Source: Phoronis australis (Eukaryota; Animalia; Phoronida). From it: DNA of 64,000 bases. The stretch lies in the NCBI GenBank assembly GCA_002633005.1, contig NMRA01000014.1, positions 982,955 through 1,046,954 of the forward strand. The letters run 5' to 3'. The notes beneath the pieces were generated by a model that was not told the origin of the DNA, ran no database searches, and was given only the letters and a program-made list of their open reading frames with translations. A program made the position numbers and the translations under genes. Positions 50,155 through 63,480 of the stretch are shown here, piece by piece (position 1 is the first letter of the stretch; each line of letters opens with the position of its first letter).

Positions 50155-51373
50155 TTACTCTGCGCGTGTAAGCAGGGTTTTCTTCAATTTTATTCTTATT
50201 CTTATTCTTCTTATTCTTCTTCTGACCAACTTTGAGGCTTAATAACTCCAAATTGGGTGCACGTACGGTCTTTAAATTCAGCATATGACTTTTGACAGAA
50301 TATAAATTTTGATTGGTTATAGAATCATATTCCATATTGCACCGGAAGAGGTCGTTTGGTGCAAAGGTCATACAATTTTCAAAATGCTACTCCTCCTTCA
50401 GTTTTAAAGCTATCTTTTTCAAATTCGGTGCACAGGTATAAGTCAACATGACAATTTAAAAAATTACTTTTCTAAGTAATCGGGTCATACAATCAGGTGG
50501 AATAGGTCAAAGGTCATTACGTGCAAACTAAAATTTTGAGCTAGACACTTCAAATTGACAGGTCTGATTGCCACAGGTAAATCAAATAGGAATCCAAAGT
50601 TTCAGGTCATTTAGTGCAAACATGGGGTCATAGTTGCATTTTTCTTCTGAAAATTTGACTTTTTCAATCAGTAAGTATTCTGATGTGTCAACCGTTAGAC
50701 AACTCAGCGTTAAACACATTTTCCATGGGCTTTGCAATAATTCTCCTAAAGATGCTTAAAATGCACCGGATAAGGTCAATTAGTGCAAAGGTCATGTAAC
50801 GTTCAAAATGTTATATCTCTTACGTTTTTCAAGGAATTCTTTTCAATTTCAGCACACTGGTGTAAGTCAACATGCCAATTGAATACCCTACTTTACTTCG
50901 CAATAGGCCTAACCAATCAGAAAAAATAGGTCAAAGGTCATTGAGTGCAAACTAAAATTTTGAGCTAGAGACTTCAGAATTACGTATCTGTTTACTAAGT
51001 GCGATTGAGTTTGAATTCTAAATTTTCAGGTCATTTGGTGCACCCATGGGGTCATTAGGTGCATTTTTCTTCTGAAAGTTTGACCACTTCATTCATCTTG
51101 TATTCTGAAGTGCTTAAAGTAAAACATCTGTGATTATTAGCATTAACCACACTTTTAATCGAATTAACAATTACTCCCTCATCGGGGCTCATAATGCACC
51201 GGAAGAGGTCAATTAGTGGAAAGGTCATCAAAAAATTAATATCTCCTACAATTTTTAAGAATTCCTTTTCATATTGGTAAACGGGTTGCTGTCAGTAACT
51301 TCCCATAATAATTCCAGTAACACGCACGCGCAGAGTCAGTTATTGTCACGCCGTGACAATAATCTTTCTAGTT
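50155..51373 (+). mobile_element. Helentron-associated non-autonomous element (HINE/DINE-1 type)
   Basis: Sub-TIRs ACTCTGCGCGTG (50157) / CACGCGCAGAGT (51325), 5' (TTCTTA)n microsatellite, ~430-bp internal core repeats (GCACCGGA at ~50339, 50763, 51196), 3' hairpin TTATTGTCACG-C-CGTGACAATAA, end CTAGTT. Confidence 0.85.
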
Positions 51374-51410
51374 GCTTATTGTTGGGCCTTACAAGGTGGT
51401 CACTGTTTTT

Positions 51411-51454
51411 GCTTCTGAGGATGGTGTTTTAATGAATCCCGAAACATGTCAAGC
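51411..51454 (+). ncRNA. Minimal type I hammerhead ribozyme (Penelope-like-element type)
   Basis: GCTT-CTGAGGA-T-GG..CC-GAAAC-AT-GTC-AAGC: full catalytic core, stem I GCUU/AAGC, palindromic stem III ACAUGU. Confidence 0.75.
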
Positions 51455-51493
51455 CAATTTAAATGGGTTGTTGTTTTTATTAATACATGCTGC

Positions 51494-51494
<1 letters not shown>

Positions 51495-51535
<41 letters not shown>
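51495..51535. repeat. (AAT)n microsatellite
   Basis: About 13 units. Confidence 0.97.
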
Positions 51536-52344
51536 CTTTATTTAAAGAGGATAAAAATACAATAAATGTAAAACATGCTTTAGCCAAAGGCTAATATCCA
51601 GCATGGTCCTATGCTGCTACTTGCTATCATGGAGATTTGCTAACTTATTAGGTTTTTCCTGAATACACACATTTTACAACAAAATTTCATGGTTTGCACT
51701 GAATGATCCACAAGCTATTCATGGACTACGGATTGCAGCCTGTCAGGCAGCAGTCATGAATACCATGATCAAGTAATCTTTCTGTATTTCAAAATTGAAC
51801 CATAACAACCTACCAGTTGGCTTTTCATCTGTAATGTCGCATGTCGCCACAGTTTCAGTATCCAAGGTGACAGATTTCTGGCGGGAGAAAATTTTAGCAG
51901 TGCCCACTGCATGCATCTCAATTTCTTCACCAGAAATGCCTACAATCAAACCACAATCCATGGTGACTGATTTGACATAAGCAAAATGCCACGACAAAGC
52001 GAACACATCACATCATAGTCAGTGTTAGTCATTTAAGGGGCTTAAAACGTAAGGGTATTTATGTCATTCTCATTCACGCTGCAATAGCATTTGATGAAAT
52101 ACATGTAGTGAATACTAAACAATCAAAACTGTGCTTGATGTGAGCAAAACATAAGAGACTGATCACATAAACATCACTTCATAATTAGTTGCAGAGCTAT
52201 TTGCAAATTTAATTAAATTAGTAATTGAATTATAATTCTGTTTAGTGTCAAAATGTTGTTTTAAAAACAACTTACATGGTTTCAAGGAATAACAAACAGC
52301 CAGTTCTTTGCAACAATAGAAACATGTCTCGTTTCAGTAAAGAG

Positions 52345-52574
52345 AAAGCTGAGACCAGTTTTACAAACAAGTGCTCTAACTCAAAGCATGTAAATACTAT
52401 ATTCTTCACCTATTCAGCACACAACATGGCGGATAAGTGAAAATTCATTTTGTTAAAATTCTCAACAAATTAAAGATTAAGAACATTTTACTCAGACGCA
52501 ATCTTCTCTGTATTGTGAAGATTTCATAAAACAACATTTAGTCAAGTTTCCATTTACAGCAAGGCTCTCAGCTT
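52345..52574. mobile_element. MITE related to the 1534-2056 element
   Basis: TIR AAAGCTGAGA / TCTCAGCTTT and shared AACATGGC..TGAAAATTCATTTTGT motif. Confidence 0.45.
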
Positions 52575-53888
52575 TTACAAATTGAAAAATGACAAGCAAT
52601 TACTTTTTTTTGCAGAAAGAGTGAAGACTTATCTTTTGACATCACGTGGGTTTACAAGATGTTTGACGCTCTAATTCAGGAATTAAACGAGACACAACCC
52701 CAGTGAATAATTTTACCCAGCATATACAAACACAACATACAAACACTCATGCACATACATGTAGTTGTATGTGACATAAACATAGTCAAGAACAACTGTT
52801 ATTATTTACACGCATGTTTGTTCCTCAGTACATAACAAGAACATGTATACTGACTCGGTAATTGAATTGTTTTAAATAATTCAGTATCAAAACATTCTCT
52901 GTAAACAAGAAACAGAATCTATAATTGCAGCAATGCAGCAACCAGTAAATTAATACATGAATAACGTTGGGAAACCTCACTGAATCAAACCTACATGTAT
53001 ACAAGAGTACAGAAAGCTGTTTACTGACCACTCTACCACCATTAAGCAACAAGGCATACCGCCACTGTATCAGAAAATGACTATTCGCCAATATTTGCAA
53101 GTATTATACAGAAGGATTTGAAGAACTTTATCACAAACTTATCAAATATAATAAAATGTCCCATGCCTTATGTAGCACTCATGGACACAATGATATTTAA
53201 CAACAAAATATTTCTCTAGTTGTGTGCTGATCAATGACTGAAAAGGAGGAATAATGAGACACCTGAAGAATTTGGCACTTTTTCCTTTTACCAGTGTTCT
53301 CCTTTTATTATTGGCCTTTCTATGGAGAGTGCAAATTGATGCAGGCACATTCCAGAGCATGGATTTGTAGGGTACGAGTCCTATAAGCCAGAATGCAGAA
53401 CAAGCCACACAAGTGCTCATTATGATTAACGCTAAGCTGTCAGTTGATTCTGCATAGACTCCTCCAGCTAACTCATATCTTAGCCAGTTAACTATGAACC
53501 TTTTTTTAGTCAATTCAAGAGGAGGGCCCATCTAGCCGAATTTTCGCAAATTTGAATTGTTTGACGGCTACCTCTAGCTCTAGTCCGTGTCGTAGCAGAC
53601 TTCAGACCTCCTTTTCGTAGCTCTTCATTCTTGGTGTGACCAGACAATAGTTGCTTTAGTTTTAAGGCCACGGTTTGGGACTCAGTAGCTGACCCAAAAA
53701 TGAAGAAAAGTGAGTGGACCAGGTGTGGCGGCAATTTTGTGGATATATTGAATGTGAAATGACTGTAATTGGTGATATTCATTAGTTTCTTGTTGTTTTG
53801 AGTAAATTAAATCCTTTGGTCTCTGCTCTTATTTACCCGGATGCGGAAGTTGCGGTATGTTTAAAAGTAAAAAGCACAGTCTTCTTGA

Positions 53889-54298
53889 GAGACCTCAGAG
53901 GAGTGACAAGTGGGGGGATTTTTGGCACCCTTCAGACAAGTGGAAATCTGGTTGGCAATGACATGTCTTAACCTGCATTTCTGAGTCTAGAATGCACTAG
54001 CAATTGGATTCTTGTCCCTTCGATCTCTTGCACTAGTTTTCACAGTTACTCAGTGAGTTAGCTGGCTGGTTAGGTTAGGGGAATTACATCGCCTCTGCCG
54101 TGGCTGTGCCTGTGGTGATGGCCATAGGTAACTCGTTGGCGTGTGGCATTCAGGGCGATGTAATTGCCTGTTACCGTGGTAGCTGTGCTGTGGACGCCAA
54201 GGGCGTACATCGTCTGTGGATGTTGCCGGCCAGCCAGCCGGCTGAGGTCTACGACTACGGATTGCATACCAGCAATCATGGCAGTCGCGAATTTGTGG
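53889..54298 (+). ncRNA. Unassigned structured RNA candidate
   Basis: Nested helices read by eye: 53890-98/54242-50, 54061-71/54228-38, 54082-93/54154-65, 54107-16/54121-30, 3' hairpin 54252-54287; G-U pairs favour the plus strand; TATA-like TTTAAAAG at 53860. Confidence 0.5.
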
Positions 54299-55476
54299 TT
54301 TGGAATACATTAAGACCAAAGCTTCAAATTTTGGATATATTTGCATATCAATTTTCTAGTGGATGTACTAGCAAGGCAAAAAGACATGGCTTTGTTGAAG
54401 TTCTTCAACTTTTAATAACCCCATCAAGTGTGCTTTCTGTAAATTATACCTTTTTTCAGGTGTCTTGAGACGAGGTGCAAGCAAGGACTTTTTCTGACCC
54501 AAGACCCAAGATAATGTCAAAATCAGCCGTTGTCCCTAATCAAAACAAATATTCACTGACTTTTGGTACTACCACAGGCACCTTTAATATATATTATAGT
54601 ACATTACAGCAAGTGACTGATGAAAATACCTTGGTGCTACCTTTTGAATTGTTTTATAGTAACAGCTTACTTTAACATTTTCTCAATCACTGCCAAATTC
54701 GCCCCCTAATATTTTTTATTTTGATTGCTTGGCACCTATGACGTGCGGTAACAAGCCAACTTGCAAGGCCTCTGTCTTGAAAGCAATAATGAGACTGTCA
54801 GTTCTTGGAAGGCAGCTACTAAATAATTTGCAATTTGACTAAAGAAGAATGTGAGACAAATTTTGTAACTACTGCTAAATCAAATGTTTTGATATGATTT
54901 GGATTTATTGCTTGTTTGAACTAGAAAATTAGCTCTAACAGTACCATTAGATTTTACACTAAAATTTACACCAGTACTCCACACAGGTTACAATGCCCAC
55001 TCGAAAATGCAAGTGATCGCATAATCTGCACACGTATTTTCAGATTTGCCGGTCATTCGTAAGAAGTGACAACAAAAAACGCTGAAAATCCGCTCTGTAT
55101 TTTGCTTTTTCTATTCGTATTTTTGAGCGTGTACCCGGTAATGTTGAGCCCTCTCCACTCGTGCATTTACTCAAAGAAATTGTATTTGTTTTCCGTTGTT
55201 CATAGACTGTCTTTTAGATCGTTGATGAAAATCAAAGGATAGAGCTTAATCTGGTATTAAATTAGACTTTCCAACCTCATTCTTTCTGAATAGTAAGATA
55301 ATTGTTGTTAGCAGGGTAGACTGTTAGAGGGTACATTTACTGTAATATAGGTTCAGTTAACAATGTCTTGTGTTGGTTAAGATTGGTGTTCTTTATTTTT
55401 CCAAATGTTGTTCTGTTAATAAGTATGAAATGCCCATAAACCACTAGATCTTTTCTTGTTACAGAGTGTTGCATCA

Positions 55477-58400
55477 ATGGACAGTCCAGCATCGGACACC
55501 AACCTCACACAGCTTTCAGTGATGGTGTCGCCACCTTGTGGTGATGTTGAAGAGGAGGAGGAGGAGGACTGCCCATTCTACTTTGAATCTGATCATTTGG
55601 CTTTGAAGGCCAACAATGACTATCATGCATTACTCAGGACTGTGTGCTTGTTGGAGGTCCAAAGGGTGAAAGCGTCACATGACCTGGAACAGCTGTATCG
55701 TAGGTGTGATCAAGCATTGCAAGATCCTATTGGATTTGTCCAGAAACTGCAAAACAAAGAAGATTTAGGCTTACCTTCTGCTCAAAGAGTAGCTGTTATT
55801 CCAGACATTGCTTGGGACAACTACACTGCAAGTGTGAATCTGACTGATTTAGGGCTGCATAAACACTCAACTAGAGGAAAGAATAAGGAAGGCGAGATTG
55901 GTAAGCTCAGGATATTAGCAGCTGTTTACCCATGATTGACACCCTGACATTTCTGTTGAATACACAATGTTTCACAATCTTACCTGTTGCGTTGAAATCC
56001 ATTATAAAGATAATCTCTACTGGAGGCATCTACTGAAATGCACATTCGTCAAAATCTTGCTTAATTAGAGCGGAGATGTTAAAAGTGGAGGCAGAAGATA
56101 CTTCAAAGTTTTTACTTTTAATCTGACACTTTTGTGAACGTAACAGCAAAAAACTCACCTTTCCAGCCGATGTGTCGCTCAGATATTTGGGGAAAAATGT
56201 AACTTATCTGAAACAAGAACATGCGTCTAATTCTGAATATAGCTGCTGCTTCACCCGTGATTCTGCCTGTAGATGCAGTTTCACTTATATAGGCATGATT
56301 AAATAATCACATATATGACAAGACTTCGTTGTTCATTGCTCACGTGGGATCCCTAAGACCCATGTCTAGGTGAGCTGCAGTCAGACATATCCTATGACCA
56401 AAGGAGTGCAGCCCAGTGTCCAGAATCTGGGAGTGAACAGCTATTATTGATGAGCCATACTTGCAGTCCTAAAACTGTACCACTGTTGCGGCGAAATTTT
56501 CTGTTCACTTAATTTCTTGAATAGTTTTGAGCTTCATAATTGTATGTGCAATGCAGTTCTTTTGTTTTGTTTAAAGTGGCTAATAAGCCCAGTGGGCTGG
56601 GTGTTCAAGTAACACTGATCACTGTGACTTATAAATTTATTTTGTCTCTCTAGTGTTAGTGTGTTAGAGAATGCTTTTCATGTAGAGTGAAATCTTTCCA
56701 CTTTTTACACTCGAGTGTTTTTGTTGTTCATCAGTATTATTCTTTAAAGGCAATCATCCCATGAAGAAGAAATGGGAACAGTTGGCTCCAGTAGGACAGG
56801 ATGCGGTGATTGTACGTGGCAGGGTTAAGGATGCTTCCAAGCCTAGTACATTCAACAAGCTGTGGACAGCTGATGAACAGAGAAGACTAGAGGAACTGTT
56901 GATAGAGTACCCCCCTGAGAGAGTTGAAGCGCACAGGTTTGCCAAGATAGCCAAGGCTCTTGGCAACAGGACACCACAGCAAGTATGAGTGATGGTTAAA
57001 CTCGGCCTGCTTTTCTTGTCATGTTTTATACATACTAATTGTAGCTTTGCTCTGAAAAGTTGTCCCCAGAACCAAACAATTAATAAATAAGTTTTTCAGT
57101 TCTGGGCATGCTATTGTTCAGGTGACAAGGGTGCTTTCAAAAAGTGCTTCTAATGTATTAGATTTAATTGTTGTAATTCCATAAATTGTGCTTAATATTA
57201 TAAAAAATTGAAGAACCTTACTTTGCATGCCATTTTATATTTATTTCCAATGCTTATCCTGGCAGCAAAAATGACAGTCACTGTAAACCTGATCAAATAG
57301 AGGAGGCAGTGTGGCCTAGTGGGATAAGCATCCGCATCCTTTACTCAAGGTTGTGGGTTTGAGTCTCACTGTGGCACACTGCTAGACCCTTGAGTCTGGT
57401 CAGCTTCTCACCACTTTTTTAACTATATATTAATAAAGCATAAAAGTGGTTCCAGGTGATCTGTGCTATGGGCCCACATGAGTGCCCTGTGAATGTCTGG
57501 TACAACGTGTACCAGACCACCTGCAACAATATTCCAGTGTTGTACTCAGTTTTAAACTAATCTTAGGTATTGCAAGTCTTTTCTGTGTGACACATTTGTG
57601 GGTAACATTTTTGGTTTTTGATGTTCTCGCTTCTGCTTGGATGTTCTAGGTTGCCAGTAGAATTCAAAAGTACTTCTTAAAACTTGCAAAAGCCAAGCTA
57701 CCCATACCAGGGCGTGTTCCGAAGTTGGGAGACCATTTTAAGAAGGTAAGTTCATTTGTGCATTGGTATGGTAAAATACTATAAATTTAGGACACAATAT
57801 TAATTGTGGACAGGTGAAATCTTCTCTTTTTTGGTTGCTGTCTCGTTTAATAAGACCATGTATTACTAGCAGTTATTCTTCACTTATTTCACAATATGGC
57901 CGACAAATGAAATTCTATTTTGTTAAATTTTTGCTTGAATCTAAAGATTAACAACGTAATATATTTTTTAAATATTGTGGGGCTGGGCAATATTTTTACC
58001 ATTATTCATGTAATTATATGAACAGCAGTCTCCTGGTTTTATGTATTCTAACATTATGTTAACTTTTTTCTTATGGTAAATTAATGGGACTTTAACTCCC
58101 TAATGTTTTAGTCAACAGGTACGAGTTTTTTACCAGGCTTGTGTACACTTGTTATGCCTCAAACATCTGTTTTAGATGGGCACAAGTCGCTACCAAAAGT
58201 TTTATCACCCAGCCTCCACCTTTCTGCAATCGTATGAGCCTCCAGTGTATATGCCTGATGATGAACAAAGTGATGAAGCTGAAGATGAGGCTGATGATGG
58301 CAGAAGTGAAGAAAATTTCCAGGCATTTAGTGCAGCAAGTAGCGTCTGCAGTGAGGATGGACCTCAAAGTATACTGTCTGACAGGGTGAGCAAGGTGTTA

Positions 58401-61400
58401 TGGGTAAACTTTCCAGAGTTGCTTTTAAACGAGACAGTCAAAGTATGCGAGCTTGATTTTTCATCAGGGCTTGGAATTTTCCTCTTTTAACAGGATTTCC
58501 TCTTTTTGGTTTCAATTTAATCTTGTATGATTTCCAGTTTCCTCTTTTTTGTCTTTTTTTATCATTATTTTGACTTTATTCAATGCAAAAACGTTCATTT
58601 CAGTTAAATTTTACAACACAAAAATATTTCTATCACACAAGTCTTTATTTGTGGAACGATACCACCACCTGGAAATTTTTCCTCTTTTTTGTCATTGGTC
58701 ATTTCAAACCCTGTATTATAAAAAACACAGTTATCCTATATTGAAACTGATTGCTTTGTTCTTGCATGCACCTGTACTTAATTGTTGGTTGGTGTCTTTC
58801 AGCTTCCACCATCTTTGTTCAGACTTTGATTTAGTCACTGCATTGTTAACACCCTGTTTAACTTCGATTTAACTGGGCATAATGTAATGGTTACAGTCTT
58901 GTTGTAACATAGACGTAACATAGTACAGTTATGTTATATAGGAAGAGCAAGTCAGCTACCCTGAAAGTGTAAGAAAGTCAGAAGATTACCTGGAGCTTTT
59001 GAGGCTTAAAAAACTAAAGCAGGAAAAATTAAGAGGTCTTACCTACCACCATGGTTTTAAGGTAGTGTTGTATTGCCTTTGAGTGCTAATTTGCATCTAT
59101 CGTGTATATAAGATAATTTAATGGATTTTTCAATAATTTGTGTTTGGCTAATGCTGTTCTTTACTACTCAACATATGTGACAGTTTTTAAAATCCATAAG
59201 CTTTGTTTTTAATGAAACTGTGCGACTTAAATTGCGGGAACTCTTTAAATAATGATTAGAATTGCTGTATTTAATCACAGAAGAAAAAAGTACTCAAAAA
59301 ATGTTCTGCAGCTTACAGCTCACAATTTTTCCTTCTGTGAATTGAGAGAGTTGAAAATTGAGCTTGCATATTGTTATTTTGCCAGTTAATTAATGTTTAG
59401 CATTTATTTTTATACTTCATCATTTCTTTTGTCTTCATGCTTTGTGTTCCTTCCTTGTTATAGTGCGATGTTTGTGATATGGACCCTATTATTGGCACCA
59501 GGTGGCACTGTCTGCAGTGTCCAGAAGAGAGCTGTGTGGACTTCTGTGACACATGTGTTGGAAGGTACTCTTTTGTTTTATTCACTCACATGTTCAATGT
59601 GTCATAACGATTTAGCATGGAGCCATGTCCTTACTTGTGACCAACTGTGCATTTTGTACTGTTGTTTTGTTGCTCTTGTTCATATATTTGTTCATGTGTT
59701 TGTGATATGACCCTTGATCTTAGCAAAAAGTGAAGTAATAGGGCTGTCCCGTATTACACAGCGACACTCAAATCATGCTGTAGTTACCCACAATGCCGTA
59801 AACATACATCAGGCATTTGCTGCCTCGTTTTAGTGCCACTGGAGTTTCACATGTTTTCGTTGTGGTCTGATTCTTTACTAGTTTTTCTCAGTTGCATTAC
59901 TCCATTCGTCCTTCCAATGCCAACAAAGTATTACTGCTGTGCTGTGAGCTGCAACTTTGACATGAGAAAGTTTGATGAACTGGATAAATACCTGTGGATG
60001 TGTTATCTGAAATTCATCGGTGAGCGACACAAAATGCACCTGATTTCCAAAACAAGGTGACACGCTTTCATATCTCCGGGACAAAGGAGAGTTCTGTCGT
60101 CGTGTAATTTGGAACGGCCCTGTTGTCAGTATTGTGTTTCACTATCCTGACAGAATATTTATGATACTACAGAACTGTGATTTATACACAAGAGTATTGT
60201 TCAGTCACGAAAGTCAACTTGTGAAATGTATACAGCGTCTTTTAGAAAATATGCCATACCAGGGCTGCCAACTGTTATGGATTTATCCATATTCTATGTT
60301 ACTTTTAGTGCCTGAAAAAAAATTATACATACAGGTTTTGAACATTAATTTCTCTTCCAAAAAATCAGCTGACAGTAAAAAAAACTAAACCTCCCCCATT
60401 GCTGAAACCAAAGGAAAAAATCGTCTTTCACAACAAAATAATGGTGCTGGTTGAGTAAACTCTGATAGTGAAATGACAGATCTGCCCTTAGATTTTCTCT
60501 GGCTGCTGTATTTATTCAAATTGAGTCCTTAAATGCCATTTAGTCCTGACATTTCAGAGATTGTGTGATCTTTCCAAAAGGTACAATGATATTTCAGAAA
60601 TTTAAGTGTCAGTTGGTGAATGCATTTTTCTTTTTTTATCACTGGTCATTGCTGACACTGAAGAGTAACAGTTCAAGGTTCTGCTATGTTGTTGCAGCTA
60701 TGGCATTTCCAGCATTTTGATCATTGCCTTTATGGAGTTTGTCACTACTTGCGAAATTTTTAAAGAGCAGCATTAAAGCCATGCTTTCTGTCAAAAAAAA
60801 AGTTGTTTAAGGTCACTTACCATTACAAAATTGGTCTCAAACTGTTTGTTAGTCAAATTGGAGGTGATTTCAGGGCACTTTGTTAAATGTTTTCAGATTT
60901 CGTGCTTGGTCCGAGCTAATAATGAATATTTTTTTGACATTCACATCTCTTGGGCTGGCTCACTTTTAACGTTACTCTTGCTGCAGATCTCTCTGCCTTC
61001 AATCCTCCTTGACATGACTTGACTTTACTCATTTTTTCGCTCCACCACTGCACTCTTTTGCCCCCTAATTGGTTTTCTGTGAGGTAGTTCTCCACTCATT
61101 TCATACAAATAAGTTAGATTTATTTCATTTATTTTTCTGTAGTTGGGGTGTGTCTAACTGGCTCAATATGAACACATCTTAGTTGCAACAAACCAACTGT
61201 CTCTAACTGCCTGTGTCTGAGTTAAACGAAATGCGGCCTATGGATAACCAACTTGATCCAATGAACAATAGTCAAGTTACTGTATCCTATTCTAATGTAG
61301 AAATTTTTATAACCTTCTATTGACCAAAATCCTCTGGGTCACCTGGTCACCTCTTGCACCCCATATTTACAACACCATGAGATGTCACGTGTGAATGAGT

Positions 61401-62091
61401 GAATGACATGGTGATACAGTTTTCAGACCTTATTAACAGTTATAAAGAGGTGCTCATAGCTGGCATTTATGATTAGGCTTTGCCTTTACTTTCTCCTACT
61501 CCACAATTGGCTGTGTTATGCAAAATTACCCCCCAAGTGCCCTCGCCCTAAATAAGTGAGGTACAAAATATATATTTTTCCATGATAGTTATAGATGTAA
61601 AAATCTAGGTGAGGATGCGTTATAGTTGAGTATTGCCGTATTTCCTTTTCATTCTCTTAATAACTGTTTTTTGCAATACTTCATTTTACTGAATACAATT
61701 GTTGTGCATTTCTTGCTTAGTCAGTGGTTTTTGCTTTCATCTTTGCATTGTGTTTGATTTTACTTCGACACTTTTGACAATTGTTCCTGAATGGTGTAAT
61801 CCACACACGCAATTTTGTGTTTCCAATGAGTTCTAGGTACCTGTATTTGTATATACATTCTGAGCAGTGTAGGTGCTGATACAGAATGTCATGTTTGGTG
61901 GAAGTTGGAAACATGTGTTAAAAACATCTTACACGTTTTGTAGGTCGTTTGAAACTGAGAGTCACAAGTCATCGCACAGACTGGAACAGATTACAGAAGG
62001 AGCCCCAGCTCCAGTGATGGACTCGGACTACATGAGGTTCATGCCAGGGGGTTATAACTACCTTGATCCTAACTACATGCCAGCCAGCTGA
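55477..62091 (+). CDS. ZZZ3: ZZ-type zinc finger / SANT protein ZZZ3 (ATAC complex subunit), 7 coding exons
   Basis: Exons 55477-55900, 56750-56982, 57650-57745, 58176-58385, 58942-59061, 59464-59564, 61944-62091. Motifs [108 protein letters not shown]. Confidence 0.93.
57301..57400 (+). mobile_element. tRNA-derived SINE head (intronic)
   Basis: TGGCCTAGTGG A-box, GGTTTGAGTCT B-box-like, followed by a CCCTTGAG body motif. Confidence 0.5.
58465..58713. mobile_element. hAT-type MITE, copy 2
   Basis: Colinear with 30550-30783, CAGGG...CCCTG termini. Confidence 0.8.
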
Positions 62092-63265
62092 TGACAGACT
62101 CAGCAGTTTGCAAAAAGAACTCCATGTCACATTCTTGACTCGGATTGGCAATAAATGGCTATGACTGCCTCACTTTTGAACTACATGCCTGTATCCCCAT
62201 GGTGGCAGTCAGTCAAAGGGTATCTCACTATAACTGTGCTAACCTGGGGATGAACTCTGAAAGGGATCAAGGAAAGTAAAGTGTTTTTGCCATGAGCTGC
62301 ATCCTGCATCCTGCAGTAGGCTGCACTATGCCTGTGAAGTACTGTATGCACATTAAGTTGCATCTCGTTGTGCTAAACTGACTATAACACGAAAATCAAA
62401 ATAGGCCCCGTTACTCTCATAACATTGGTCTCGTAATATTCCTTATTGTGATAGGAATTGATTTCCTTTACCAACCAGAATGTCAAGACAATAAGCGACT
62501 CAAAGGTATGCCTCTGAGTTTTTTAGGGTTTGCCAACCCTAAAATTGCTGATTTGAAAATTGGGCATGTAAGTATTGACTGTGACTTGAATAGATAATGA
62601 AACTAGAATCCTACCATGTGAGGGATAATATTTTATTTAGACAAAATTCACGCAGGAGGCTGAACTCAAAGGACAAACAGGAGACACTTGACTGCAAGGC
62701 ACCTTGTACTTGATTGCTAGCTTTCTGCAAGAGCTGCTGTCATTAAGACGCCTGTTTATCAGAAGAACTGATTTGTGTTATTTTTGTGTAGAGCAGAGCA
62801 ATTGCCACATTAGTGATGATTTCACAGCAATTAAAGACTGGCTAAAATAAATTGATGTTTCATAGATTAAAACTGGCTTCTGGAATTTATTTTCTCGTGA
62901 AAAGTTACTTTAGAGTCATCATTACTCACAGAAATACCATGAGGCAACTCCTATTCTAACATTTTGGGTTTTGTCAGTCCAATCCCTAAGCGAGCTTAAA
63001 GCCAGACTGGGACTTACCTGTCCTAATTGATTCACAAATTTTAATTGAAATTAAAATGTGTGTCAGTGGCTTAGCCACGCTGCTGAAAAAAACCTGTTCT
63101 CTAATTTCTCTTGTAAAGTATCAGTTTTGAAAATTGGAAGATGGCTAATATTTGGGTTTCAATTTTAGAAACAGCCATGTTGGTCATTTACATTATTTGT
63201 TCTTTTTTTTTATTTTGACATGTACACTAAACAGTCGCGTTATCCATGAGTAGCAACTAGCTCAC

Positions 63266-63480
63266 TTCAATTTGTGATGGTGCCATCAAGCCGTTGATGT
63301 GCCAAGGAACTTGTTGGATATTGTGGGGTGGACAGTACACTGCTTTCTCATCCTCTTGTGTGCAAATTCTGTTACGGTAAGAGTTGCCTAATGCTTTTAA
63401 AATTACCCAACATGCTTGCATTAGATTTCGATTCTCTGGTTGCTGTAATAGTAATTCTTTGAACCATGGTGGATTATTCA
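63266..63480 (-). CDS. Possible exon of a convergent minus-strand gene
   Basis: Open frame bounded by a CAG acceptor and GTGAG donor (NNPPWFKELLL..PWHINGLMAPSQIE); no recognised family; neighbouring exons could not be chained. Confidence 0.35.

Noticed and set aside
52825-53782. Minus-strand ORFs of 90-130 aa
   Set aside because: No motifs and no splice chain; consistent with random ORFs.
54066-54150. Telomerase RNA (GGTTAGGTTAGGG; UUGG-loop junction resembling CR4/5)
   Set aside because: The template-like CCCTAACC is on the minus strand while the structure favours plus; no plus-strand template, pseudoknot or H/ACA boxes found.
54050-54468. ORFs over the GC-rich island
   Set aside because: No recognisable protein or splice chain; better explained by GC content and RNA structure.
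58112-58118. Possible 7-nt microexon in ZZZ3
   Set aside because: Would shift the frame of the next conserved exon.
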